Assembly (NCBI RefSeq): GCF_006345805.1
Contig: NW_021836166.1
Location: 1-64,000 of the forward strand
DNA from: Octopus sinensis
Lineage: Eukaryota
DNA length: 64,000 bases
Reading direction: 5' to 3'
This document shows positions 12,556-25,859 of this stretch, piece by piece. The notes below the pieces were generated by a model, which saw nothing but the letters and a program-made list of their open reading frames with translations, was not told the DNA's origin and made no database searches. The translations under genes were made by a program, and so were the position numbers. The stretch's first letter is position 1; each line of letters opens with the position of its first letter.

Positions 12556-13120
12556 CTACCATTTGGAAAAAACCACCGCAACCTGGAGGAAGAGGTCGAA
12601 TGCAATGCAGTCTTGAATGGCTGTTAGAATCCACTGCAGTTGTCCGTGCAGTCTTCCGGTCTTTGGGACTGCCGGCCAGTCTATGAGAGTGAAGTCGATG
12701 CAATACTCGAGTGGCAGGAACTCCCCGTGGTACGCGTGCCTGCTCCACATTTGACTAATAATGGGAAGGACAGCAGCACAAATTGAGGGACAGCAGCACT
12801 GGCGATAAAAGACAGCAAGTGAACAAGTCGGCGGGGAGTCCCTCAGCGCGAGGAAGTGACTCGCCGTGTGAGCAAGCAATGAATCCTTATCGGGGAATGT
12901 GTTCTGAATGGGACAGGAGGACTAACCTGGAAAAGACTGACAATGGTGGCTGCAGATGACGTGTCGAATATGAAAATGGACGGGGGCTTGAGGTGTTCCA
13001 CCATCAGCTCGTTGTCCACCTCGACCATCCGCCCCCTATCGACGACCCACATCCTGTCAGAGGGAGGCAGAATAACTCCACAGTAGTGGAAGACTGCCCA
13101 GTTGTCCTAATACGTCTGCA
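12556..13120 (-). pseudogene. RPTOR: Raptor N-terminal (RNC) domain fragment with micro-introns
   Basis: VFHYCG...MWVVD...PSIFIFDTSSAATIVSLF and LHGQLQWILTAIQDCIAFD match Raptor VLFHYNG...PSIFVYDCSNAG and LGELNWIFTAITDTIAW; no HEAT or WD40 part in view. Confidence 0.8.
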
Positions 13121-13454
13121 TTGAAAGTTAGAGTCATAAAAAAGAACTTGTTTTTTGAGCTCGCCAGAAAATTTTAGCTAATATAGTTATAAATTATTAT
13201 GTTTTAAAGCGATTAAATTTGATGGTTGTTAATTGTTTCTAGTGGGTGCACCACGTGCGATGGCATTCAGGGTCAACTTCGGATCTATTTGAGTCCCCTA
13301 TTGTAATATATCAAACCGCAAGTATCTTACTCAATTTGATCAAATACGTCAATAAAATTTATTTTAGTGGCAAGAAAGATAATAAATCACTTTTAAAATA
13401 ATTGCGTTCTTATTTAAATCTAAAAATGCGTTTTTATTTTCACCAAAAATAAAC

Positions 13455-15776
13455 TCGAGATCTCCACATGTGTGCAACCAATCGACCTGATTTTTCCAGG
13501 ACAACTGCCTCCCTTGATCGTTACTATATTAACTTGTTCAACCTCCTCTAAACCTTTTTACTATCTCATACTAAGGAACTATGTACGATCTGACTTAAGA
13601 TGTCAGACTTACAATGTAAATGAGAAAATAAATAAATTAATTAATAATATTGTTATATATCAATTTTGATGTTTTATGAATGTTTTTGCCTGCAAAACTG
13701 GAGTCAGACGTTCCTAGACCTTAGTTTCTTTAAAGGCTACTACAATGTATGCGAATGGCCTATCCATAAGGACCCTTCTAGAAGAGGCCTTCGAATTATG
13801 CAGTTTATTGATAAAATCTCTTGAATACATTAAAAAATTCCCTAAAATATTATAAATCAGTCAATTAACAAATTTGAAAAGCTGAACTGTCTGAACTTTA
13901 GATATTTCTAACTAAAAATGAGTTTTTATTTCCCGACAAAACACCCCCGAGATCTCCACTTGTGTGCAACCAATCGACCTGATTTTTCCAGGACAACTGC
14001 CTCCCTTGATGGTCTACTATATTAACTTGTTCAACCTCCTCTAAACCTTTTTACTATCTCAAACTAAGGAACTATGTACGATCTGACTTAAGATGTCAGA
14101 CTTATAATGGAAATAAGAAAATAAATAAAATAATAAATTAAAAATATTGTTATATATCAATTTTGATGTTTTATTAACGTTTTTGCATGCAAAACTGGAG
14201 TCAGACGTTCCTAAACCTTAGTTTGTTTAAAGGCTACTACAATGTATGCGAATGGCCTATCCATAAAGACCCTTCTAGAAGAGGCCTGGAATTATGCAGT
14301 TTATTGATAAAATCTCTAGAATACATTAACAAATTCCCTAAAATATTATAAATCAGTCAATTAACAAATTTGAAAAGCTGAACTGTCTGAACTTTAGATA
14401 TTTCTAACTAAAAATGAGTTTTTATTTCCAGACAAAACACCCCCGAGATCTCCACTTGTGTGCAACCAATCGACCTGATTTTTCCAGGACAACTGCCTCC
14501 CTTGATGGTCTACTATATTAACTTGTTCAACCTCCTCTAAACCTTTTTACTATCTCAAACTAAGGAACTATGTACGATCTAACTTAAGATGTCAGACTTA
14601 CAATGTAAATAAGAAAATAAATAAATTAATAAATCAAAAATATTGTTATATATCAATTTTGATGTTTTATTAACGTTTTTGCATGCAAAACTGGAGTCAG
14701 ACGTTCCTAGACCTTAGTTTCTTTAGAGCCTACTACAATGTATGCTAATGGCCTATCCATAAGGACCCTTCTACAAGAGGCCTAGAATTATGCAGTTTAT
14801 TGATAAAATCTCTAGAATACATTAACAAATTCCCTAAAATATTATAAATCAGTCAATTAACAAATTTGAAAAGCGGAACTGTCTGAACTTTAGATATTTC
14901 TAACTAAAAATGAGTTTTTATTTCCCGACAAAACACCCCCGAGATCTCCACTTGTGTGCAACCAATCGACCTGATTTTTCCAGGACAACTGCCTCCCTTG
15001 ATGGTCTACTATATTAACTTGTTCAACCTCCTCTAAACCTTTTTACTATCTCAAACTAAGGAACTATGTACGATCTAACTTAAGATGTCAGACTTACAAT
15101 GTAAATAAGAAAATAAATAAATTAATAAATCAAAAATATTGTTATATATCAATTTTGATGTTTTATTAACGTTTTTGCATGCAAAACTGGAGTCAGACGT
15201 TCCTAGACCTTAGTTTCTTTAGAGCCTACTACAATGTATGCTAATGGACTATCCATAAGGACCCTTCTACAAGAGGCCTAGAATTATGCAGTTTATTGAT
15301 AAAATCTCTAGAATACATTAACAATTCCCTAAAATATTATAATCAGTCAATTAACAAATTTGAAAAGCTGAACTGTCTGAACTTTAGATATTTCTAACTA
15401 AAAATGAGTTTTTATTTCCCGACAAAACACCCCCGAGATCTCCACTTGTGTGCAACCAATCGACCTGATTTTTCCAGGACAACTGCCTCCTTGATGGTCT
15501 ACTATATTAACTTGTTCAACCTCCTCTAAACCTTTTTACTATCTCAAACTAAGGAACTATGTACGATCTAACTTAAGATGTCAGACTTACAATGTAAATA
15601 AGAAAATAAATAAATTAATAAATCAAAAATATTGTTATATATCAATTTTGATGTTTTATTAACGTTTTTGCATGCAAAACTGGAGTCAGACGTTCCTAGA
15701 CCTTAGTTTCTTTAGAGCCTACTACAATTTCTTTAGAGCCGACTATAATTTCTTTAGAGCCTACTACAATGTATGC
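13455..15776. repeat. Tandem satellite, about 495-bp unit, about 4.7 copies
   Basis: Anchor GAGATCTCCAC recurs at 13457, 13949, 14445, 14941 and 15435; units are near-identical. Confidence 0.97.
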
Positions 15777-15805
15777 ACTCACAAGCTAGCCGACTCTTTT
15801 TGTTC

Positions 15806-16990
15806 CTAGCTGAATTCAAAAAGAATCACAATATTAAATGTTATTTATTTAATTTTTAAAAGTTTTAAATTTATCGAATTAATTACAATAAATGAAATTA
15901 AAAACAAATAAATTATAACGTGTTAAGCACGCTATTTTCTTTTCTTGTGTGGTGTTTTTCTTTGTTAATTATTATTTCATTCTTTTTTATATTAATGTTT
16001 TATTTTTATGCTATTTTTTTATTTGTTTGAAGATTAATTAAATTTGTCTACTGGTAAAATATCCTGGATAAAGTTTATTTTGCAAGTGAATTTGTATTTA
16101 TTTTATCAATTAATTAATCTTCATCCAATGCATTTTTTAAATTTTTTAAATTATAATTGGTACTTTTGTAGTATTAACTAATTTATCCTCCACTTTGGTC
16201 TGAGTGGCCAGCATATTGATATAGCTTCGACAATTTTCTCAAATTCCTGTTTCTTGTGTTCTTGCCTCCAGATAAATTCTGAGAAGTAGCTATTCATATG
16301 CCTGCGGACGGTCCCTCTCTGTCTCTTATTGCGCCATTTCGCGCTACCCCACATTCTATTAACTAATTATTAATTTCAAACCGTTCAATGTGTTGTGTGT
16401 GTGCTCCCGTAGTAGAGTCGACAAAGTGGTATCTGTGATTCACAGTTAAATGATGATATCCTGCACTTTCAAGGAATTCCGAAGAATATCCTTTCCAACA
16501 GTCCGATATTAAAATAGTTCCTTCTTCAACATTGTTCAATATCGCATTGGAGAGAGTCCCCATTGTACGGTCTGGGATCATCTCAAGGAAACAGCTTTTT
16601 GTCTCTCGACATATCCATCCAAATACCCATTGCTTTGGCAATACTCGGCCTTTGTTAAATTTGCGTTTTGAGAAATGACTCTCATTTATCTCGACCACCA
16701 TTCCTTCACCTCCTAATACTATTTAAATATACACTAACCTATTTTCCTTCTTCGACGAGATGTGAGTGATTGTATGCAAATATCACGAAGGTACATCGAC
16801 CAATCCACAGTCGTATGCCCAGCCCACCCCAAATTGTCTGAACACACTTTGACCGATGATATGTTATTGGCCCACAAGAAAATAAATCTTATGATATCTT
16901 CCAAAGGTACTCTGGCTCCCTCTAGCCAAGTTCCTGTACATTTTTACAACGTATTTTATACCGGCTTTCAATCCAGAACTAGTGCTGCAC
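15806..16990 (-). mobile_element. Merlin (IS1016/ISXO2-like) transposon, 5'-truncated, with AT-rich 3' region
   Basis: VEINES...ISDCWKGY...HLTVNH..FVD..TGAHTQHIER|MW; introns 16356-16381, 16713-16738, 16934-16961; stop at 16178. Confidence 0.92.
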
Positions 16991-17049
16991 TCTCTTTTGT
17001 GTCTTCTTTAATCACAAACTCGTCGCCCTTAATTTAAATTCTTCTCAAT

Positions 17050-18320
17050 TTAAAATCTCCAATTCACAAAGTCCGGCTCTGAAATTCACGTCGCACTTTG
17101 TACTAAAAATAAAAATACAACAAAAAACCAAATATCAACAAAATGCTGCAAAACCTCATCTCCTGACTGAACTACAAGAATTTGTGAAAAATCTTCGTTT
17201 TCTTGGAAATAAAAGAAGAATTCAATATACGAACAAAAGCCAACAAACGGATGACTGCAATTGGCCAGTTCCACCTAAAATGGACTCGAATGATTACCAG
17301 GGTCACTCCAATGGCCCAAATGTCAGCCATTACTGTATAAAAGTTCAAAGCATCGACAGAATTCATACATAAACGTTCTGGCTAGTCACATCAACCAATA
17401 AAAATACCGCCATATATTTAAAAGTGCCCAATCCAGTTGCCGCAGACGAGTTTTCTAAAAATCCCAAAATGCCAAAATCGCATATTTTGACTGAACCCTC
17501 CAAATTGAATAAAATATTTGCAGGTTTTATGTCTACAGCAGATTTCCGTCAACATTCTGATTTCTGTGCATTATATTCTTTGATTTCAGATAAACCAGTC
17601 CGGAGGAGACCTTAAATATTAGCACATATTTGGGTACAGCGTAGGCCACACAGGACAGGACTCTGGTCGGGACTTTCAACTGGTATTTGTGTAGAATACA
17701 ACCAAAACTGGAGTTCATTGGTTCCATAAATATCAGTAAAAAGTCCTAAATTAGTCTTCTAAGAATAAACTTGTGTTTTTGCACTTCCATAATAATTGAC
17801 GATGTGTACGTGAGAGCACGTAATCGTGTCGAGAATGGCTTCTTCTCTGTTTGCAGAATAATTGTCTCCGGATAATAAATATTCCTGAAATGATAAAATT
17901 CGGAACCTTGATGTTTTCCGAACTGATGCGAGGATTTAACCGAATGACTTTGACATGCTTCAAGCTTCAAAGTAATGATGCTTTAGTTTGGAAGTTTTAT
18001 AACATCAATGTTTGGAAAATTGTTCTTTAAAATGTGACCTGGCGCGTTTTAAAGAAGTAAATGAAAATTTTTGTTATATTGCTTCAGTTCATCATCAAGT
18101 AGCAGCATTATACAATTAAACAAATAACTGGTCATTCAATCTTTTGAATTTTCATAATAATGACAGTATTTTACAACATTGAACACTTTGATTTCTTTCT
18201 GTGTCCGATAACAAAAGTTCTCATTTTAATTGATCCAGTTGAATAAAACATAAAGCAACAGTTATTCGAACTTTAGATTGTTTTACGCCTTTTCTTTACT
18301 TAATAAAATCGTTCTTGTAG
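17050..18320 (-). pseudogene. MAP kinase kinase (STE7-like) with many micro-introns, apparently disrupted
   Basis: Minus-strand pieces NIMHR, EGSVKICDFGI, PERL, ADIWAIGVTL, MELANCSHPF. Confidence 0.7.
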
Positions 18321-18705
18321 GAAATGCTTGAAAAAAGTCCTGTTTCATTTATATTTAGTATAACCTCTGGGTCAATTAATCCGAAATTATATTAATTCTA
18401 GCGTTCGAATTGCGAATTATTGAATTTCCGGAGCATTGAATCAAATTTGGCAGGAAAAAGTTAGAACATTTATAATTTCAATTAAAAAAATTCGGATTAG
18501 CGAGGGTTCACTGTATGTTGTTTCAGAAGAATTTAATAATTCAATCATCTTAGCAACGTATCTTTGGACCAGGATATGTCAGATTACAAAAAAATGCTTG
18601 ACGGAAGCGAAATTGCTCACTAAATCCTCCAAAAATACATTAACGTAAAGAAAAAAAAATTGATTTGTCTGGCAAGTAATATGAGGGGGACATCATTGAT
18701 TAAAT

Positions 18706-19197
18706 CAATTCTAACTAAAAAATGAGTCTTTATTTCCCGACAAAACACCCCCGAGATCTCCACTTGTGTGCAACCAATCGACCTGATTTTTTCAGGACAA
18801 CTGCCTCCCTTGATGGTCTACTATATTAACTTGTTCAACCTCCTCTAAACCTTTTTACTATCTCAAACTAAGGAACCATGTACGATGTAACTTAAGATGT
18901 CAGACTTACAATGTAAATAAGAAAATAAATAAATTAATAAATTAAAAATATTGTTATATATCAATTTTGATGTTTTATGAACGTTTTTGCATGCAAAACT
19001 GGAGTCAGAAATTCCTAGACCTTAGTTTCTTTATAGCCTACTACAATGTATGCTAATGGCCTATCCATAAGGGCCCTTCTACAAGAGCCTTGGAATTATG
19101 CAGTTTTTTGATAAAATCTCTAAAATACATTAACAAATTCCTTAAACATATTATAAATTAGTTGGTTAACAAATTTGAAAAGCTGAACTGTCTGAAC
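18706..19197. repeat. Dispersed single copy of the 495-bp satellite unit
   Basis: Near-identical to the units at 13455-15776. Confidence 0.95.
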
Positions 19198-19554
19198 GAA
19201 CCGTCTTGGGGCCGAAGATGCCAAAAGAATCCAAAGCGATTGGAGTAAAAAACAAGTTTGGAAGGTGACCGTACTTGAGAAAATTGTGATTTTGGCCTGC
19301 CTTGACACGTGCCCGAGATCCTTTTTCCTAAGAGCAGTAAAATTGGCAGAAAAGAAAAGTTCGCGTGCAAAATCAGGTAAAGAACCGGAGATAAAATGGT
19401 TTCACAGGTTGGTATTTGACCGTAATAAGCTTCAGCGGTGACAGAACGAAAGCTTTCGAGATTACTCAGGGATTGACAGTGAGAATAAGAGAGCACGGCT
19501 AAGATGTGAAGTCATTGGGCTGATAAGAATGTTTTTCTCTAAGCGAATTCAAAA

Positions 19555-19700
19555 CGGTGGATGTCGACCATTTGGATTTATATGCAATGATAAAAATAAA
19601 CTACCTCAATGTTTAGTCTGCATGGAAGTCTTGGCAAATTATGCTATGGTTCCTAGCAAACTAAAGAGATATTTTACTTCCAAGCATTCGCACTATTCCG
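19555..19700 (+). mobile_element. hAT (ZBED5/SCAND3-like) transposase fragment
   Basis: FGF....LPQCLVCMEVLAN.AMVPSKLKRYF.SKH. Confidence 0.75.
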
Positions 19701-19749
19701 AGTCATAGCAAAAGTTTATACCCGTCAAACCAGAACACTAAGCTTTAGA

Positions 19750-20610
19750 CAAAGGCCTTTCTACAGAGAGTGCAGCACCGAAGATAGGTAAGCCATCAAT
19801 TTTTGGACGTCCTGTCTATGCCATTAATGTCCTTGGATTTGGAAAAAGTTCTCGTCCAAATTTCCTATTTTGCCCAATCCATTCTCGGGTGGATGGACCA
19901 AATGAAGTTACCCAAAGCTATTTTACTCGGACATAGTTTTGGAAAATATTTGGTTTGTCTGCCCCTGAGACTGTAGGCCGCCGTGTTTGCCATGAAATAT
20001 CCCCGGAAGGCGGAATATCTCATTACGGCGGACCCTTGGGGATTCTCCGTGGCACCCAGCGAGGTCTTAATCCGCGAAAACATGTCCATTTTGCGGTTTT
20101 ACACGATCAAAACATTGACCACATATTTCACCCCACTCGCCCTACTCCGTCTTTTTGGTCCTCTCGGTACTTTTCTGTGACTATGCCAGCCAAATACGTC
20201 GTCCGTTATTTTAGAAGTGATATCGTCACTCTGTTTTCCTTCCTGGACAGTGCCAGCTTTGTCAAATACATCTCCGCCTGTAACCGACGGTCTCCAACAT
20301 TGGTGGTGGTGTAAGACTTTAGAGGAGAGGTGGCCTTCAAACGGTTGATGTAGCCCTTTGGTTATGCGACCAACCCAGTGTCTCTACGACTTCGGAAGGA
20401 GGACTGTTGCCCCATTTTGTTTATATATGGGTCCAATTCGTATATGAATAATGCCGACGCATTCGCCTTTATGCAGGGCTGTAGTGATGTGGACGTGCAG
20501 GCTGGTGTTGATCGAGACATACGTGTTGAAGGGGGCACTCATAACGTGTATTTGTCGTCAATGATGCTCTCTGTCGACACTTTGATGCTGATTAATTCTT
20601 GCTTATTCCT
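19750..20610 (+). pseudogene. ABHD4/ABHD5 (CGI-58)-like alpha/beta hydrolase, 5'-truncated, in-frame stop near 20351
   Basis: LGFGKSSRP, LLGHSFG, KYP...LITADPWGF, GEVAFK, PILFIYGSNSYM, GGTHNVY. Confidence 0.85.
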
Positions 20611-20670
20611 ACCATCTGCTCTGACTGTAGTTTTCCCCCTGTTATTATACAATATAATAAATATTTTGTC

Positions 20671-20835
20671 ATGTCGCACAAGTTAATCGTCCCACTTGGA
20701 AAGGTAGGGGAATCTCTGGGAATATATTCGCAGGGATTCTTCATCGGGAGGGAATTCATCCACGTCACTACCACATGTGGTGTATGGTCTATCCTACAAT
20801 GTCACCAATGGACTCAACATTGGAATAGTCAAAGT
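20671..20835 (+). pseudogene. Possible WDR36/Utp21 N-terminal fragment
   Basis: MSHKLIVPLGKVG...IHVTTTCG resembles the Utp21 start; ends abruptly in a patchwork of unrelated pieces. Confidence 0.4.
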
Positions 20836-21259
20836 CTTTCGGGGTAACACTCTCCGTCGGTAGATTTCCCACGTGATGTTAGGGGTGTCCTCTCCGTCGG
20901 GCAACATGTGGGTCCCTTTGAGGACGGGATATTTCACTCCGTTGTGGTCGACAGTCTCCACCGGTGGAAAGTGCCCTGCAATACTCTCACCGCGGTGAAA
21001 TCCTGCGTTTCCGTGGCATAACATTGCTGCCCGCTTCCGAACTCCCTCTATTATGTCGCCGACGTTGTGCGAGTACTGGCCTCCGATTCCAAAGCTTTCG
21101 AAATAACCCCCAAATTCTTACAGAACTCAAAGCGAAGCACCCCATCCAATCAATTCTCTTCCAACCGGTAGCTGTGGCGGCATAGACGGTCATCGACCCG
21201 GACACGTCAAAGACATGCTCTCCCCCAAACCTGTGAAGCTGGTCACCGCCTCCTATCCT

Positions 21260-22650
21260 CTCAAACAGCTCTTACGAACCGTATTTTGAACGGAGAGATC
21301 TCCGAGTATGCTCGTGACTTATTTTTTGCCGCCAATCTCACCGCCCTGAGAAAAAAGGAGTCCGTCCCATCGCCGTGGGTTTTCTCTTTCGCCGATTGGC
21401 GTCAAAAGTAGCCTGCAGACAAACCACTAAGTTGCTGGAATCGGAATTACGCCCAATACAACTCGGCGTAGGTGTTCGGGGAGGCTGCGAAACAGCAGTT
21501 CACGCCATAAGAAAGTTTGTTTTTTCCTTGCAAGATCGGCAAGACAAGCCTTGTCTTTTTATCAAGATAGACTTGGCTAATGCTTTTAACTGTGTGCGTC
21601 GTGAAACTTTCTTCGAATCTGTTACCTGTCGCTACCCAGCAATCTAGCGCCTCGTCGCCTTGGCCTACCGCCAGCCCAGCCTCCTTATCGCCGGGAATCA
21701 GACAATTCTGTCCAACAATGGAGTAAAGCAAGGTAACCCTCTGGGCCCTCTCCTTTTCGCCTTGGCTGTGGATAATGTTGCCATGATGGTTTCATCCCAT
21801 TTAAATATCTAGTATTTAGACGACGCCACCATAGGTGGTTCATCTGAATCGGTCCTAGATGACCTGAGAATCCTAATCCCCTCCCACGCTATCCGTCTCT
21901 AAATAAATCCCCACAAATAATGAATATCAGTTACGATCCACACCATTTTCCCGATATTCTCCACTCGTTTAACTCCTATCAACCTTCGACCGTGATCTCA
22001 TGTCTTGCCTCGAAACAATCTCTACGCCCCTTTGATGACCTCGACTGGAAACAAGCAATCCTCCTGGTTAGTCACAGTTGCATTGGTGTGCGCTCTGCCG
22101 CTGATCATTCCATGCCAGCATTCCTTTCCTCTGTTCACGCCACTAGCTTTCTCGTCCATGAAATTCTCCAATCCGTTTCTGAATCCCACCTGGACTCTGA
22201 TTTCTCTTCGGCTGTCAGATCCTGGTGATGTGGTGATCGTGCCCTGACTTGTGCAGGATTCCTAACGTGTTGAAACCAGTATGGTTGGATCGCGGAAATG
22301 GAAAGCGCCCAGATGGCATGACAACATTTTCCTTCGACAAAAGAAAATGCCTCATCTGGGACGCGAAGTTCTCAGACATATTCTCTCCCAACAACCTGAT
22401 CTCGTCAGTTGCCGAGCCTAGGTCGGCGGCCAAACTCGCGGAGTTGAGAAAATTAAGAAAGTACTCGTCCCTGACCAAAAATCATATTTTTGCGTCAATA
22501 GCGGTCGTGACATCGGGGTAATCGGTCTGGAAACACTTTCTTTGCTTTGTCGACTTGGGACAAAGATCGCCAAAAAAAGCAAAAACCAAAACGAGACTTG
22601 TCATCTTCCCAAAGAGTCTTGTTGGCGATCGCCCGGGGGTAAAGCCATCT
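21260..22650 (+). mobile_element. CRE-like RT-RLE element, degraded with internal deletions
   Basis: VRPIAVG, QLGVGVRGGCE, KIDLANAFN, QGNPLGP, YLDD, GKRPDG. Confidence 0.9.
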
Positions 22651-22960
22651 TATGTGCTGGAAATTCACTATACATAGTATAAATTAGTTGGTTAACAACT
22701 TTTAATTTTAAATTTTTGTTGTCAGAAGAAAATTGAATAGAAACAAAAATTAAATTGATTGAAAATCTTTGTTGTGACATGTTATTAACATTTTAATCGA
22801 CTTTCAAATTGTACCAGGCTTAACACCACAAGACACTAAATCTAAGCAGAATAATTTATTAGATTTAAATAATTAATTATATTTTTTAATATTTATAAAA
22901 TGAATGCCCTCAAACGTAATAAATTTCATTTAATTTTGATTACTCACTGTAAATCAACTA

Positions 22961-23604
22961 ATGTCGTTTTTACTGCCTGCTGTGCTGTTACTTGCCACAA
23001 AAAATCCTGTTGACTCCTCTGACTGGCAGAGCCACATCAAGAAAGACAACATGGACGCCTCCTATTCAGACCAGGACAGGGAACAATACTCAATCAGCCT
23101 AAAAAACTACAACTCGACCTTAATCGACCGAATAATAAACAAGACAGGGGGAAAGACAGTCCCCTGTGATCTCTTTGGGGATACCCCACTAGTAATGTTC
23201 TGCATGAATAACGCCACATGTTATGCTGACATTGTCTTTGAAAAGGCGTCTCCATATTGCATGTAACAGCCTATTTTTTATTTAGATGCACTCCCTTTAA
23301 TGGCAACATCTATATAGGAGATCGATGCCAAACAGAATATCCTAAAAAATATTTTGTATCCCACCAAGCGAGTATTTGTTATTTTTCTAAAGTAGATGAG
23401 AAGAAGATACTGATCTTCATGATAATATTTAATTCTTTACTCACTTTGCTGGCTCTAATTTTGCTGGTCCGTATTATTTTATTCCGCAGAAAGTTTTTTA
23501 TTTGATAAATGTATAGTGCCTGGAATTTTCTCTTCAATCTCCGATACCCTTATCAGTCATTATATTCTTCGGATGTTATTATTCGGCCATTTAATGTTAA
23601 TTAG
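22961..23604 (+). CDS. Single-EGF type I membrane protein (EGFR-ligand-like)
   Basis: Signal peptide, six-Cys EGF motif ending YIGDRC, TM helix, short tail; introns 23263-23285, about 23372-23395 and about 23493-23516. Confidence 0.75.
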
Positions 23605-24574
23605 TTATTTTGTTAATTTTTTTGTAATCGTTATTTCTTTAAACATTTTTATTCTTGATTTAATTGCCTAAACTTATTGATTATAATTTAAAAATCACTA
23701 ATAATTTTCTAATAAAACTAAAATTTTGTTTATCAGTTTGGGGTTTTCTTTTTATAATTATCGAATAAATGGCATTTCAAAAAACAACCCTAAAACATAA
23801 AAATAAATAATAAAACCACTATCTATGTCCGAGTTTGATCTTATAATATAATTATAATAAGTTGATATGAGACATTGTTTTTATAATCCTAACGAGGTTT
23901 TCATCGTCAGAAATACCTTCCATTTAATTCTATTGTTTAATTTATCAATTAGCTTTCCTGTTGTTATACAATTATTACAACGACCCCCACAAGCTCAATC
24001 GGCTCTTCAAGCGTGTCTTAATAGCTGCTATTATGGGGAACAGTTTCTCAATTCTCTCTGCGGGTTGTCCCGATTTCCTTTTGTTTTTTTGTTTAATATT
24101 CGAATTCTAGATTTAAAAAAATTATTACATATGGTATCGATATGGAACCAACGGAGTTTGAGTTTATTTATCAAAATGTACGTGGAAGCCTGGTACATCT
24201 GAACCAGGAAGAAAAGTTATATTTATAATATTTAACAAAATATCAATAAGAAGATTGCTGTCAGTGACAAGAGTGAACAAATACTTTTCTAATTGTGAAA
24301 AGACTTGGAAAAGAAGTTGTCTATTATCTAATAAGAGTGGGTATTCTACTGATTGTTAAGTAAAGAAAACATAGCCACAATCTAGAATATCTTAACCGCA
24401 TTCAAAGATTTTGGAAAATTATTGATGAGTTTGTTAAAACAAGTTTAGCAAAAACATATAATCGAAAAGATTGAAAAAAAGTCCTTCATTCAATACTTTT
24501 TAATTGTCAAACGTGGACAGTAGTAGTTTTGGTCCTAACTTGAAATGGTATTATAAGCAATTTTAACCAACATC

Positions 24575-24860
24575 ATTCAAATATTCTCAAAGTAGACAGC
24601 TTAATCAAGGTGTATATTAAAAGCACTGTAAAAAAGAAGACCCTAGAACGTATCCAAGTTAAGTACAGGGTGGATTGACAAAGATGAATGTCAATAATCG
24701 AGGTCAATGATTTGACGATCAAAGAAAGATGATGATGACCAGCACAATAAAGTGAAGCCAAAATGTGGGCAGGAAGACTCTTAACTTCAATTGAATGACG
24801 TTGCTAGATCTTGGAGTGCATGAAGAGATAATAAAGAGTGGTTTAAAAAGGAATCTTTTA
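24575..24860 (+). mobile_element. R4/Dong-like element 3' remnant
   Basis: LKVDSLIKVYIKSTVKKKTLERI resembles IKAYMQSTVLKRTLES in the 30212-31162 element. Confidence 0.55.
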
Positions 24861-25859
24861 GTAATTTAACTAGTTATTTTCGTTAATATTGATTAATTAT
24901 CAATTAGAAAAATATCAAGGAAATAGCTATATACTTGCTATTCTAAATATTTGTTTAGCAAATTAGCATAATAGCCCAGGATATTTTCCATTTCGTATTT
25001 TGGTATAAATTTTGTGAATTTCTTGGAATTTTGAATAAATTTGTTGATCGCCATACAGGTTATTTTGTCCTGTTCTGGATTGTGTTGACTTTTTTTGTTG
25101 TGTTTCCTTTTCTTTTTCCGTAATAAATTATTATAAATTATACAACTTTATTAGCCATTCAGTCGTGTCCCAAGAACTGTTCGATAATGAAAATATATAA
25201 TATGTATATATTAATTATCATAACCTGGACAATTATATCAGAAATCAATAAACACAAATGAACCGTGTTTAACTAATTTGTGCTAATTTTATAAACTTTT
25301 CACTAATTTTATATCATTCTACAAATAAGCTTTATAGGTACTTTTAAGAGGATTTTAATCTCAAAATGTCTAGTGAGTGGTTGAACAAAGAGAACAATAA
25401 ATGGTTCGGAGAATGAAAATGATAGTACGTTGGTGGATAGTTCTCACAAGAGGGTAAAAATTTCTGAAGACCAGGATCAATGATATACTTAATTTCGCAT
25501 TTTGGGTTTCGTTGCTGTTAAATAATAAAGAGTTTGGTTTTTCTACCCAACCTCAATTTTTAATAAATACCTAAAATGATTATAAAAATTTTCCTTTAAA
25601 TTTGAATTCTTTCTTTTTAATTAGAATTGTCTATTTTGGAAGGTTCCACGAGTGACGCCATCATCAGTGAAGACTTACTGCGGAACTGGATTGTCTATTT
25701 TGAACACATAAAAAAATAAAAAACAAGTAAAAATAATTCCCTGGCCCTACCTACAATTAGCTAAAAATAAACTCTTATTTGTGTATCCTGCCTGTTCGAG
25801 CTATAAAATATTATAGCTTTGCGGAAAAAGCTATTATTATCTTCGATAACGAAAATATA

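Noticed and set aside
13455-15776. CRISPR-like array
   Set aside because: The units are about 495 bp and near-identical with no unique spacers; no cas genes; eukaryotic context.
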